Assembly (NCBI GenBank): GCA_964014485.1
Contig: CAXHAT010000017.1
Span: forward strand, 1-59,060
Length of the DNA stretch: 59,060 bases
DNA from: an uncultured Deferribacteres bacterium
Lineage (GTDB): Bacteria; Zhuqueibacterota; Zhuqueibacteria; Zhuqueibacterales; Geothermadaptataceae
Direction: 5' to 3'
Shown here one piece after another: positions 1 through 10,032 of this stretch. Made by a program: the position numbers and the translations under genes. The stretch's first letter is position 1. Each line of letters begins with the position of its first letter. The notes below the pieces were generated by a model that was not told the origin of the DNA, did no database searches, and saw nothing but the letters and a program-made list of their open reading frames with translations.

Positions 1-2
1 AA

Positions 3-1064
3 GCCGTCGACTCCGTCAGATTTTCTCCGACTGCAATTTCGTCGGACGAATCGTCCACTGGTACGATCATGACGCGCCCTGCAGCAACGCCCGGGTTCTA
101 CAGCATTTTTATTGAAACAAACGGCCGGAAGGAAAGCCAACGCGACACAGTTGCTCTCGAGATTCTACCTCAACCCGATTTCACTTTGTCGGCTGCGCCG
201 GACAGTCGCACGATAACCGCCGGACAATCGGCGGCGTATCAAATTTCTCTCACGTCCATTGGCAGTTTCAATGAAAATGTCAACTTGAGCGTTCAAGGAT
301 TGCCGCAAAACGCTTCGGCGGCATTCGGCTCAGAGACTTTAACGCCGCCCGACAGTGCAATGCTCTCCATCATGACCAATCCGGAAACTTCAGCTGGAAG
401 TTATGCGCTGCTTATTTCAGGGACAAGCGGGGCCATCGTTCGCAGCGACACGGTTGCGCTGAATGTTGAAGCCGTCATCTTGCCCGGATTCGAACTGCTC
501 GTCTCGCCCCTGGAGCAGACCATTCGCGCCGGAGAAACGGCGAATTACGAAGTTTCAATTGAACCGGAGCAGGGATTTATCGACAGCGTCGCTCTCGAGA
601 TCGTCGGCGTCGACCTGTCAGCTTTGGGCGCGCCGCAACTTTTTCCGTCGATCATCAGAACCGATGAGACGGCTCAACTTTCCATCTCGACTTCATTACA
701 AACGAATCCTGCCGCTTACCAATTCGACGTTGTTGCCAACGGTGGTGGAATAACGCGTGACACAACCGCTACTTTGATTGTGGAAGCGCCGGAGCCGGAA
801 ACCGGCGTCCGGCCAAATCCTTTTACGCCCAACGGCGACGGTTTTAATGACGACGTGCGATTTAACATTCCCGGCTTGATCGATAATGGCGGCGAAGTGA
901 TGATCCACAATTTTCGCGGCAAACGTGTGCGACGAATGCTGGCGCAAAACAGTTGGAACGGCAGGGATGACGATGGGAAAGACCTGCCGCCGGGAGTATA
1001 TCTTTACTTTGTTAAAATCAACAACGAGATTGCGGCAAAAGGGTCGTTAACTTTGATTCGGTGA
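3..1064 (+). CDS. C-terminal part of a large surface protein with Ig-like repeats and a CHU_C/FlgD-like (T9SS type B-like) C-terminal domain; 5' truncated by the window edge
   Basis: Frame is open from base 3. Repeated PDFTLSAAP..TITAGQSA.Y / PGFELLVSP..TIRAGETA.Y modules. C-terminal PNPFTPNGDGFND...WNGRDDDGKDLPPGVYLY motif. Confidence 0.8.
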   Translation, partial: AVDSVRFSPTAISSDESSTGTIMTRPAATPGFYSIFIETNGRKESQRDTVALEILPQPDFTLSAAPDSRTITAGQSAAYQISLTSIGSFNENVNLSVQGLPQNASAAFGSETLTPPDSAMLSIMTNPETSAGSYALLISGTSGAIVRSDTVALNVEAVILPGFELLVSPLEQTIRAGETANYEVSIEPEQGFIDSVALEIVGVDLSALGAPQLFPSIIRTDETAQLSISTSLQTNPAAYQFDVVANGGGITRDTTATLIVEAPEPETGVRPNPFTPNGDGFNDDVRFNIPGLIDNGGEVMIHNFRGKRVRRMLAQNSWNGRDDDGKDLPPGVYLYFVKINNEIAAKGSLTLIR

Positions 1065-1078
1065 AGGAAATTCCATTA

Positions 1079-1114
1079 TGGATGGTTGGATTAGTGGAAT
1101 GTTGGATTGATTGA
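1079..1114. repeat. Degenerate 8-nt tandem repeat (TGGAnnnn x4)
   Basis: tggatggt tggattag tggaatgt tggattga between two genes. Confidence 0.55.
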
Positions 1115-1115
1115 C

Positions 1116-1496
1116 ATGCCTTCATTTCGAATCCGGGAGCGCGCAAAAAGTTTTGTTTACGCCTTTCGCGGCGTTAAAACGCTGGTTCAATCTCAGCACA
1201 ACGCGTGGATCCATCTGGCGGCGACCGTGCTTGTTGTTTTTGTGGGGATATTCTTCGAAATCTCAAGAAACGAATGGCTCTGGATTATTCTCTCCATTGC
1301 AATTGTCTGGCTGGCTGAAAGTTTTAACACCGCACTGGAATTTCTCGCCGACGCCGTTTCTTTAGAGCATAACGCCCTGATCGAAAAGTCAAAAGATGTT
1401 GCCGCCGGAGGCGTGTTGTTAGCGGCAATCGCAGCAGCCATTATCGGCATTCTTGTTTTCCTTCCTTACGTTTTGCGCTTCGTTCGACTCGCCTGA
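1116..1496 (+). CDS. dgkA: Diacylglycerol/undecaprenol kinase family protein
   Basis: SFVYAFRG, HNAWIH, AESFNTALEFLAD, KSKDVAAGGV motifs; three TM helices. Confidence 0.9.
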   Translation: MPSFRIRERAKSFVYAFRGVKTLVQSQHNAWIHLAATVLVVFVGIFFEISRNEWLWIILSIAIVWLAESFNTALEFLADAVSLEHNALIEKSKDVAAGGVLLAAIAAAIIGILVFLPYVLRFVRLA

Positions 1497-1617
1497 AATG
1501 AACTTCAAGCCAATCGCAAACTTTGTCGAAAAGTGTTTGTGAACGGCCGTCTTCAAATCTACTTTGCGCCGGATTTCGAATTCCAAAATACCGTGATTCT
1601 GGAAAAGGAGAAGCACA

Positions 1618-3195
1618 ATGACCCGCGTTTCTAAAGCAATATTCAGTTTTGTTTTCTTGCTCTATTTTGCCACTGTCTCGTTCGGCCAAAAACAGTTCGG
1701 CGACCTCGCCGAAGGCCCGTACAATCGACTGGTTATCCAAAACGTGATGGTGATCCCGGGGCACGGCGGGCCATTGGTCGGACCGTACGACATTGTGATT
1801 GAAGGCAACACCATCTCCCAAATGACGCCGTTCGATCCGGTGACCGCGGAGCGTCGCGGGGAAACGCAACGCGCTCAGGGCGACCGCGTGATTGACGGCT
1901 CCGGCAAGTACGTCATGCCTGGCATGATCGATCTTCACATGCACTTGCGCCAGGAGCCGATGGAAATCGAGTATGTTTACTACCTGAAATTAGCGCACGG
2001 CGTGACGACGCTTGTCCCGGCGCCGGATCGCGGCCTGGAAACGGCAATGTCTGAGGCGGGAAAAAGCGAAAGCAATGAAATTCTCGCGCCGCGCATGTTT
2101 CCGATTTGGGGCTGGGGACGCGGCACGTCTTTTTCCCGGCTTGAACTCGACGATCCGGCCAATGCGAGCAAAATCGCCAAAGAAATGATTGAGAAAGGCG
2201 CGCACGTGGTCAGCGTCGGCGGGCTGGGCTGGAGCCAGGAATTGTTTGGCGCGGTATGCAAAGCGGTTTACGCACACGGCGGGATAACGACCGTCCATTT
2301 GCCGCCTTCCACCAACGCCATCGTTCAGGCGGTTGACGCAGCGCGCTTGGGCGTGACCATGATCGAGCATCACTATGGCTATGCCGAATCTTCGCTGGAT
2401 CGTAATGTACAAAGCTTTCCGGGCAACTATAACTACAACGACGAAAACGCTCGATTCCGTCATGCAGGCAAAGTCTGGGTTGACGCCAATCGCGAGCGTT
2501 TGTTGACCGAAGTTGCTGATTCATTGGCGGCTTATGGCGTGACGATGCTGCCGACGCGGGTGGTTTATGAGGCCAATCGCGACATCATGCGCGCGATCAG
2601 TCTGCCCTGGCATGAAAAATACACGCATCAGGCGTTGATTAATTGGAATTTGCCGAATCCGGCTTATCACGGCTCTTACCACTACGACTGGACCTCGGAC
2701 GATGAATTCTATTGGACGTACGCGTTTGATCTTTGGGCAAAATTGATCTTCGAATTTAACAAACGCGGCGGGCGCGTGGCTTACGGCACAGACGACAATT
2801 ATATTTGGGCGACGCCGGGCTTTTCAAACGTGCGCGAATTGCAGCTTGTGCGGGAAAGCGGCATGCATACACTCGAAGTTTTGAAAGCTGCGACACTGAA
2901 CAGCGCCAAAACGCTTCGCCAGCCTAAACTCGGCCTCATCCGTCCCGGCTATCTCGCGGATTTGGTGATCGTTGACGGCAATCCTGCGGAAAACATGCGC
3001 TACCTCTACTCGTTCGGCGCGGTCGTCCGCGATGCTGACGGAACGATCAAGCGGACGAAAGGCATTCTTCACACGATCAAGGACGGCGTCGTTATCAATA
3101 ACAGCCGCTTGATGGAAGAAGTCGAAAAAATGGTGGCCAAATCCAAAGAAGGCGTTGAGCCGAACGTGGAGAACGCGCCGTTTTTGGTAAAATAA
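1618..3195 (+). CDS. Secreted metal-dependent amidohydrolase
   Basis: Signal peptide; MPGMIDLHMH (HxH), IEHH, GTDD, GLIRPGYLADLVIVDGNP; AAGGAG RBS. Confidence 0.88.
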   Translation: MTRVSKAIFSFVFLLYFATVSFGQKQFGDLAEGPYNRLVIQNVMVIPGHGGPLVGPYDIVIEGNTISQMTPFDPVTAERRGETQRAQGDRVIDGSGKYVMPGMIDLHMHLRQEPMEIEYVYYLKLAHGVTTLVPAPDRGLETAMSEAGKSESNEILAPRMFPIWGWGRGTSFSRLELDDPANASKIAKEMIEKGAHVVSVGGLGWSQELFGAVCKAVYAHGGITTVHLPPSTNAIVQAVDAARLGVTMIEHHYGYAESSLDRNVQSFPGNYNYNDENARFRHAGKVWVDANRERLLTEVADSLAAYGVTMLPTRVVYEANRDIMRAISLPWHEKYTHQALINWNLPNPAYHGSYHYDWTSDDEFYWTYAFDLWAKLIFEFNKRGGRVAYGTDDNYIWATPGFSNVRELQLVRESGMHTLEVLKAATLNSAKTLRQPKLGLIRPGYLADLVIVDGNPAENMRYLYSFGAVVRDADGTIKRTKGILHTIKDGVVINNSRLMEEVEKMVAKSKEGVEPNVENAPFLVK

Positions 3196-3260
3196 AGGAG
3201 TGCAAGGCTTGCCTTGCATTTTCCTGAACGTTTTTTTAGCAAAGCAAGCTTTGCACTCCT
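3196..3260. repeat. GGAG-type REP doublet (inverted pair)
   Basis: AGGAGTGCAAGGCTTGCCTTGC ... GCAAAGCAAGCTTTGCACTCCT directly after the stop codon; the same motif recurs at 15778, 15994, 16210, 38318 and 58396. Confidence 0.85.
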
Positions 3261-3321
3261 AAAATCAAGGGCGGCGTTGTGATTAACAACAGTCGTCTGA
3301 TGGAAAAAAGTTGAAAAATCT

Positions 3322-4425
3322 ATGAACATCCCGTTTCTCGACCTCAAAGCGCAGTACGCGCAAATCAAGACCGAAATTGACGCCGCCGTCAGCGCGGTTT
3401 TTGAAAAATGCGACTTCGTCGGCGGCGATGCCATCAGCGCTTTTGAAAAAGATTACGCTGAGTTTTGCCAAACAAAGCATTGCGCCGGGGTTTCCTGCGG
3501 CACGGATGCAATTTATCTAACTTTGGAAGCGCTCGGCGTCGGCTTAGGCGATGAAGTCATCACGACGGCCAATACGTTTATTGGCACGACGATGCCGATT
3601 TCGCGTACAGGCGCAAGCATCAAATTTGTCGACATTAATCCGAAAACGCTGAACATTGACGTTTCTCAAATCGAGCGCACGATCACGCACAGAACCAAGG
3701 CGATCATCCCGGTTCACCTTTTTGGCCAGCCCGCTGAAATGGATTACATTTTGAAAATTGCTCGCGCCCATGATTTGCTTGTGATTGAAGACGCTGCGCA
3801 AGCGCACGGCGCAAAATACAAGGGCAGGACGGTCGGGAGTTTGGGCCACGCCGGAGTTTTTAGTTTTTACCCAGCTAAAAATCTTGGCGCTTCCGGCGAC
3901 GCAGGCGGGATCGTCACAAACGATTCTGAGATGGACAAACGCATCCGCTTGATGCGCGACTGCGGTCGATCAAGCAAAACCGAGCACAGCGAAGAAGGCC
4001 CAAATCATCGCATGGACACGATTCAGGCGGCAGTCTTGCATGTCAAATTAAAACATCTCGACGAGTGGAACGCCGCCAGAAGACGAATTGCCGGACGTTA
4101 CGAGAGCTTGTTTTCGGATCACGAACAAATCCAAACCGTGTACGAGCCGGAAGGCGTCGAGGGCGTTTACCATTTGTTTGTTGTTCAGGTTAAAAATCGT
4201 GACAAGGTTAAAGAGAAACTTGCGGAAGTCGGTGTTCCGACCGCTGTACACTACCCGATCCCGTTGCATTTGCAGCCCGCTTATCGGCGGCTTGAGCATG
4301 AGAAAGGCGATTTCCCCGTCACTGAGGCCGTTTGCGAAAGATGTCTCAGCTTGCCGATTTACCCCGAAATGACCGACGAAATGGTAGACTACGTCGCAAA
4401 AAACCTCATCAAAGCCGTCCGTTGA
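3322..4425 (+). CDS. DegT/DnrJ/EryC1/StrS family PLP-dependent sugar aminotransferase
   Basis: IPFLDLK, IIPVHLFGQ, IEDAAQAHGA, SFYPAKNLGA motifs. Confidence 0.95.
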   Translation: MNIPFLDLKAQYAQIKTEIDAAVSAVFEKCDFVGGDAISAFEKDYAEFCQTKHCAGVSCGTDAIYLTLEALGVGLGDEVITTANTFIGTTMPISRTGASIKFVDINPKTLNIDVSQIERTITHRTKAIIPVHLFGQPAEMDYILKIARAHDLLVIEDAAQAHGAKYKGRTVGSLGHAGVFSFYPAKNLGASGDAGGIVTNDSEMDKRIRLMRDCGRSSKTEHSEEGPNHRMDTIQAAVLHVKLKHLDEWNAARRRIAGRYESLFSDHEQIQTVYEPEGVEGVYHLFVVQVKNRDKVKEKLAEVGVPTAVHYPIPLHLQPAYRRLEHEKGDFPVTEAVCERCLSLPIYPEMTDEMVDYVAKNLIKAVR

Positions 4426-5597
4426 ACCCGCCGAAATTACTCGTCATCAGCGAATTTTTCCCGCATGATCGTCATCCCCATGAGGGTATTTTTGTGCAGG
4501 ATCATCTCAATTTTTTGCCGGGCGGGAAATCCGCGACTGTGATTTCTCCAGCCATGCGCTACCCGCGTCTCCAGCGCTATCAAAAACTCCGCGAGCAAAT
4601 GGCGAGGGCGGGGTCATTTTCTCGAGAATTCTGCCAGGTTCATCGCATCGCACTTCCCTACGTGCCGAAAGTCGGAGAATATTTTCTGCCGCAACTTTTC
4701 TTCTCCAAAGCGCTCCGTAAAATCTCCAGGGAGCACACTGATTTTGATCTCATCCACGCCTTTTGGGCTTATCGCAGCGGGTACGTCGCGATGCGTTTAG
4801 CAAAAAAATTTAATAAGCCGTTCATCATTTCTGTGCTTGGTTCCGATCTGAATCAATGGCTCTATGAACGGAAAAAGCGCGCAAAAACCTTGGCGGGGTT
4901 AGAACAGGCAAGCGCGATCGTTGCCGTCAGTTCACATCTCAAGGAAATTCTTATCAGCGAAGGAATTTCGGAAACTAAAATCCATGTCATTCCAAACAGC
5001 GTTCATCTTGAGAAATTCTCACCTCGGCCAAGCTCTCTTTTAAAACAACGTCAAGATAAGTTCGGGCGCAATTTCGTGTTTATTTGCGTGGCTAATCTTT
5101 ACTTGGTAAAAGGCGTTGACCTGCTGATACGGGCTCTGGCCAAGTGTAAAAAAACAGCCAGCGTGATCATTTTGGGAGACGGCCCGGAGCGAAATAATTT
5201 GGAAAAAACAGTCGAAGAGCACGGCCTGCAAAACCGCGTCTGGTTTGTCGGCCGCCGTTCGCACAATGAAATTCCAGCGTGGATCAACGCTTCAGACGCG
5301 CTGGTTTTGCCTAGCCGCAGCGAAGGCGCACCGGCCGTCATTTTGGAAGCTTTGGCTTGCGGCAAACCGGTGGTCGCTACGGACACTGGCTTCACTAAGG
5401 ATGTGATCGATGAAACGCTTGGCCGCGTTGTGCCGGTCGAAGACGTACCAGCTCTTTCACTTGCTATGGATGAAATCGCTGGGAGTTCTTGGGAAACCGA
5501 AGAAATATCCCAAAAAGCTGAAGCGTTTTCTTTTCAACGATTCGAAGAAAGAATAAAAAACGTCTACAATGGCGTCTTGAATACATCGCAGATTTAA
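4422..5597 (+). CDS. Glycosyltransferase family 4
   Basis: KGVDLLIRA, LPSRSEGAPAVILEALACGKPVVAT; likely TTG start overlapping the upstream stop. Confidence 0.88.
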   Translation: MNPPKLLVISEFFPHDRHPHEGIFVQDHLNFLPGGKSATVISPAMRYPRLQRYQKLREQMARAGSFSREFCQVHRIALPYVPKVGEYFLPQLFFSKALRKISREHTDFDLIHAFWAYRSGYVAMRLAKKFNKPFIISVLGSDLNQWLYERKKRAKTLAGLEQASAIVAVSSHLKEILISEGISETKIHVIPNSVHLEKFSPRPSSLLKQRQDKFGRNFVFICVANLYLVKGVDLLIRALAKCKKTASVIILGDGPERNNLEKTVEEHGLQNRVWFVGRRSHNEIPAWINASDALVLPSRSEGAPAVILEALACGKPVVATDTGFTKDVIDETLGRVVPVEDVPALSLAMDEIAGSSWETEEISQKAEAFSFQRFEERIKNVYNGVLNTSQI

Positions 5598-5600
5598 CAA

Positions 5601-7994
5601 ATGCATTCAACCAATCCCCCCCGATATTCTCTCGTCCTCATCGCGACAGGGCTTATTGCATTCAGCGTGTTGCTGTTTGAACTTAGCTTGACGCGAATTT
5701 TTTCTGTAATGCTCAGCTATCATTTCGTCTTTGCGGTCATTTCCTTCGCACTTTTAGGATTGGGACTCGGCGGCTTTCTGCGCAAGACCGTCAAACGTAT
5801 GGCTGAAACCGGTTTGACTGTGTTGGCTTCTCTGTTCTCGTTGTCAATTGTCATTTCAGTCATCTTGATCATCCTCCTCCCCATCGACGACAGCGCATTT
5901 CTTTCCGGCGCAGGATTTTGGGTTTATATTCTTGTTGCAACCGTCCCGTTTATTTTTGCAGGAGCGGCATTGGCGGGCCTGTTTCATCGTTTCGCTGAGA
6001 GAAGCTCGGTGCTTTACGGCGCAGACCTTCTTGGAGCAGTGCTTGGAGCCGGTTCCGTAGTGTGGGCGCTCAATCAATTCGGACCGTTGCAAACGGTTTA
6101 CCTTGCAGGCTTCATAGCAGGAATCAGTGCATTTCTTTTGTTCTTCTCAGAGAATTTCGCTTTAAATCAACGCGTAACGATTTTCCCCGTCACGTCTCTT
6201 TTGATAGTTTCCGCCGCATGGCTCGGGTTTGAAGGAGAAGTCAAAATTGGCAAAAACCCGGAAAAAGACATGTACCGCATGCTGGCGAATCCGCTGGACA
6301 GAGCGGAAATAATCGAGAACCGTTGGAGCGCGTTTGGGCGGACGGATCTGGTCAAAAGCGCCTTGCCGCCAGACGACATGACAATCTTTGTCGATGGCTC
6401 CGCCGGCTCGCCGATGTACAATTTTAACGCTATTTCCGCCGACTCATCGCAATTTGCCCACGTCACACGGACGTTTGGGGCGTATTTCCCCTTTTATTTT
6501 TTGAAGGAAAATGAAAAAAACGAGGCCTTGATTATTGGCTCCGGCGGCGGGCGCGACGTGGTCATTTCATTGCTCGGCGGGGTCGAAAAAATTATCGCCG
6601 TCGAAGTTAATCCGGACGTTGTTGAGATCGTTCAGGATTACGCGGAGTTTAGCGGCGGCATTTATTCAGATCACCCAAAAGTTGAAGCCGTTGTTGCGGA
6701 AGGAAGAAATTTCATTCGCTCGCAAGATCAAAAATATGACTTGATCATGTTGGCTATTCCCGTCACCAAAAGCAGCCGCAGCGCGGAAGGTTTTTCGCTC
6801 ACTGAGAGCTTCATGTTTACCCTCGAATCGATGCGCGAATATTTGGACCGTTTGACGCCGGAAGGCCGGATCGTTTTGATCACACACAGCGCGCCGGAGT
6901 TGTACAAGTTGATTGGTTTGACGCTCGAGGTCTTTCGGGAAAAAGGCGTTTCGGAATCGGAGGCCATGTCCCACATTTATACCATGGCTTCGGGCAAATT
7001 GCCAACTTTGGTTATTAAGAAAACGCCGTTCCAACTCGCCGAGGCTAAAGAGCGTCTGGAAAAAATGATCGCCCTCGGCCAGGATACGCGTTTTTTTGTG
7101 CCGCACGTCGATACAATTCTTGCGGCGTTCGATAAGCGACTGCGCGATGACATTTTTCAACGCAAACTCGACCAAGTCCTTTTCGGCATTGCAACGAACA
7201 GAATCCGCTTCAATCAAGTGGTCGCAAATGCAGGAATCGATTTAAAGACAGTGACCGATGACAGGCCGTTTTTCTACAAATTTGAGCAGGGCATGCCCCA
7301 GCCTTTTCGCACTTTTGTGTTTTTGATTGTTTTATCGGCGGTCTTTATGGCGTGGCTTATATTTCTAAAACCGCCGGGGAAGAAATCGAAAAATCAATTG
7401 CGGCAAAAACTGACAATGACCGGCGAGCAAAAAAGATTGCTGCTCATCTTTTTTGGAATCGGCATGGGTTTCATGCTTGTTGAAATCGCACTCTTCCAAA
7501 AATTGACATTTTATTTTGGCGATCCGCTCGTGGCGCTCACATTGCTCTTGGTTTCGCTTCTCTTGGGCTCCGGGTTTGGAAGCTTTGCCAGCGCTTCTAT
7601 CAGTCGGCGACTGAATTCCGCCGTTTCTGTCTCAGCCCTGTCAACGGCGGCGTTGGTCATCGTTTACACAATTTTTCTGACTGAAATTTTCAGTCAGGAA
7701 GTTTCGCCAAACGTCATCAGCGCGACGATTTTGCTGCCGCTTGGTTTTTTTATGGGAATTCCTTTTCCAATTTCAATGCGCTTGCTTGAAAAGCACAACT
7801 GGCGCAGCGCCGCCCCGTTGATGTGGGGCGTAAACGGCGTCGCTTCAGTTCTCGGCTCCGCACTGACCATGATCATCGGGATTGCCGTCGGATTTTCGTA
7901 CGCCCTTATTTCCGGCGCTTTGCTTTATGGAGTTGTTGCGGCGCTGGCCCATTACGAGACAAAATCACAGACGTCTCACGCCGCAAGACCATGA
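5601..7994 (+). CDS. Membrane protein with central spermidine-synthase-like SAM-dependent methyltransferase domain
   Basis: TM blocks at both ends; LIIGSGGGRD, AVEVNP, EGRNFI, TDDRPFF motifs. Confidence 0.82.
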   Translation: MHSTNPPRYSLVLIATGLIAFSVLLFELSLTRIFSVMLSYHFVFAVISFALLGLGLGGFLRKTVKRMAETGLTVLASLFSLSIVISVILIILLPIDDSAFLSGAGFWVYILVATVPFIFAGAALAGLFHRFAERSSVLYGADLLGAVLGAGSVVWALNQFGPLQTVYLAGFIAGISAFLLFFSENFALNQRVTIFPVTSLLIVSAAWLGFEGEVKIGKNPEKDMYRMLANPLDRAEIIENRWSAFGRTDLVKSALPPDDMTIFVDGSAGSPMYNFNAISADSSQFAHVTRTFGAYFPFYFLKENEKNEALIIGSGGGRDVVISLLGGVEKIIAVEVNPDVVEIVQDYAEFSGGIYSDHPKVEAVVAEGRNFIRSQDQKYDLIMLAIPVTKSSRSAEGFSLTESFMFTLESMREYLDRLTPEGRIVLITHSAPELYKLIGLTLEVFREKGVSESEAMSHIYTMASGKLPTLVIKKTPFQLAEAKERLEKMIALGQDTRFFVPHVDTILAAFDKRLRDDIFQRKLDQVLFGIATNRIRFNQVVANAGIDLKTVTDDRPFFYKFEQGMPQPFRTFVFLIVLSAVFMAWLIFLKPPGKKSKNQLRQKLTMTGEQKRLLLIFFGIGMGFMLVEIALFQKLTFYFGDPLVALTLLLVSLLLGSGFGSFASASISRRLNSAVSVSALSTAALVIVYTIFLTEIFSQEVSPNVISATILLPLGFFMGIPFPISMRLLEKHNWRSAAPLMWGVNGVASVLGSALTMIIGIAVGFSYALISGALLYGVVAALAHYETKSQTSHAARP

Positions 7995-8493
7995 TTCGGA
8001 CTGTTTCGGTTCCGCAATCGGTCTAAAGTCTATAGACTGGCTCTAAATAAAAAATGCTGCATTCATGGCCTCATGTTTCAGAGGAAATCCACAAATGCAG
8101 CATAGGAGGGAGGTGTGTGCGAAAGTCGGAAATACGCTCGATGTAGTGCTATGGCGTTGTTGCGCTAAAACGATACTGCCTGTTTTAGCGCGTCCCTGCG
8201 TATGTCCAACTTCACCCTTTATTTATTCAGACTATGTTCCTGAGCTTCTTTTTCTCGCCGTCCTGGCAATTTTTTCGTCCTTGCGCTCAGTCATCGTTGC
8301 GCATGCTTATACAATTCGGGCGCCAATTCACTAACTCCGGTCATTTTTTTTGTAAACGCTTGTTTTTAAAGAACGATCTTAAATTAACATCAAGTGCTCG
8401 CGTCTAAAATCATTCACAATTGTTGTCTCTCGGTGATACATTGTCTTTCATCAAAACGAGATTGAAACGCCGTTTCGAGTTTGGAGGTAAAAA

Positions 8494-10023
8494 TTGTCTG
8501 TTCGGTCAGTCCTTTTGCTTTTGAGTTTTGGTTTGCCCGTCACCCTCGCCGCACAGCAACCGTTGATTCAGGAAAATTTTAATGATAAAACGCTGGTCGA
8601 AAGCGGGTGGTTTGCCACGCCGAGCGTTGTGCGAGATTCAACCAACGCTAAGAGCGGACCGTTCAGCATAAAATTTTCAGGCGAACAGGCCATACTTATG
8701 GCCAATTTTCAAGTGCGTGATCCCGGTCTGCTGGAATTCTGGTATCGCGCACCGGAAGGTTCTGCATCTCTAACCGTTGATATTGAAGTTTCCCGTGACG
8801 CCGCATTGTGGCAGCGCATTTCAACCGGCGAATTGGACGAGCAAGAAAGCGGCGCGGGCTATCGAGCGCGAATCGTAAGCATCGACCGCATTGGCTCCTA
8901 CTACTTGCGCTGGCGCGTTAGCACGGGCAACGGCGAAACGTTTTTCATCGATGACGTTAAACTCGAAAAGATCACGGAACAGGCGCGAGAACGTCGACAG
9001 CGCGAGCAAGTGAGCGCGCAGGTCAGGAAGGAATTGATTGAGCTGAGCAATCACGAACAGACGCTTGTGACTTTCCGCTCAATCGGCGAATCGTATCGTG
9101 AAGAAGTCAACACGATTTTAACGCTAATTCGCCAGACCAGCGGCGTGCTGACGATTTCGTCATCGATTCAAGCCGTCTCGATTCGCAACCAGATGGCGAA
9201 CCCCGTAAAGTACGACAAATTCCACGAAATCGTGGCTTCGCTCAACAACGTACTTCCGGAAACCAAGAAAATGCGTTTGACCGATCTCGTCAAGCCGTTT
9301 GGCAACATCGTCACGCGCGCCACGAATTTTGTCACCGGCGGCATGTTGGGCAACCTGGTTGAAAACTTCAAAACGCTGCTCGCCGACGGTTTCAGCCCGA
9401 ACAATATTCACTCCGTTTTATTGAACAAAAAAGCGCGCGAAACGGCTAAAAAAATTGGCCCGGAACTTTACAAGCAAAGCTCGGAGTTTTTCGTCAGCAT
9501 TGAAGGGGATTTTGCGCGCGTCGATTCTCTTGACCAGCAAATTCGACTTGTGCAGGCGGAAGCGGCGGCGCTGAAAGCGGAAATTGAAAAATTTCTGAAG
9601 GATTACATCCAGTTTGTTGAGATTGACGCCAATGACGGATTTATTCGCGATCTCAAACGCGGAGAATCCGCGAAGCTGACCGAATTGAATGAAGACATCA
9701 AGCAGTTTTTCACCCGAAAGGTCGGCAGCGAAAAATCTTTTAAGACCCTCTCTCCCCTACTTGTTCAAACGCTGATCGACGCAGCTTCCAATCAAAAGCA
9801 AATCGAGTCCTACGTTTCGAACTACTTCGATCTCGCTTCGAATATGTTGACCTATTACCGGAATTTCGCCAAAAGCCTCGACGAAGGGAACAATCCGTTT
9901 CTGATCCAGGACGCAGCTTCGGCGCAGCAATGGAACGCGCAGCGGGAAACGGCCCTGGAATCCATTGCAACTGCGGAACGTGAATTTAGGGAATCATTCG
10001 TCGATATTGTGATCGGAAAATAG
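8494..10023 (+). CDS. Hypothetical secreted protein: N-terminal beta-sandwich-like domain, coiled coil, long helical C-terminal domain
   Basis: 509-aa ORF, GGAGG RBS before TTG start, signal-peptide-like N-terminus, FFIDDVKLE end-of-domain motif. Confidence 0.75.
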   Translation: MSVRSVLLLLSFGLPVTLAAQQPLIQENFNDKTLVESGWFATPSVVRDSTNAKSGPFSIKFSGEQAILMANFQVRDPGLLEFWYRAPEGSASLTVDIEVSRDAALWQRISTGELDEQESGAGYRARIVSIDRIGSYYLRWRVSTGNGETFFIDDVKLEKITEQARERRQREQVSAQVRKELIELSNHEQTLVTFRSIGESYREEVNTILTLIRQTSGVLTISSSIQAVSIRNQMANPVKYDKFHEIVASLNNVLPETKKMRLTDLVKPFGNIVTRATNFVTGGMLGNLVENFKTLLADGFSPNNIHSVLLNKKARETAKKIGPELYKQSSEFFVSIEGDFARVDSLDQQIRLVQAEAAALKAEIEKFLKDYIQFVEIDANDGFIRDLKRGESAKLTELNEDIKQFFTRKVGSEKSFKTLSPLLVQTLIDAASNQKQIESYVSNYFDLASNMLTYYRNFAKSLDEGNNPFLIQDAASAQQWNAQRETALESIATAEREFRESFVDIVIGK

Positions 10024-10032
10024 AGAAGATTT

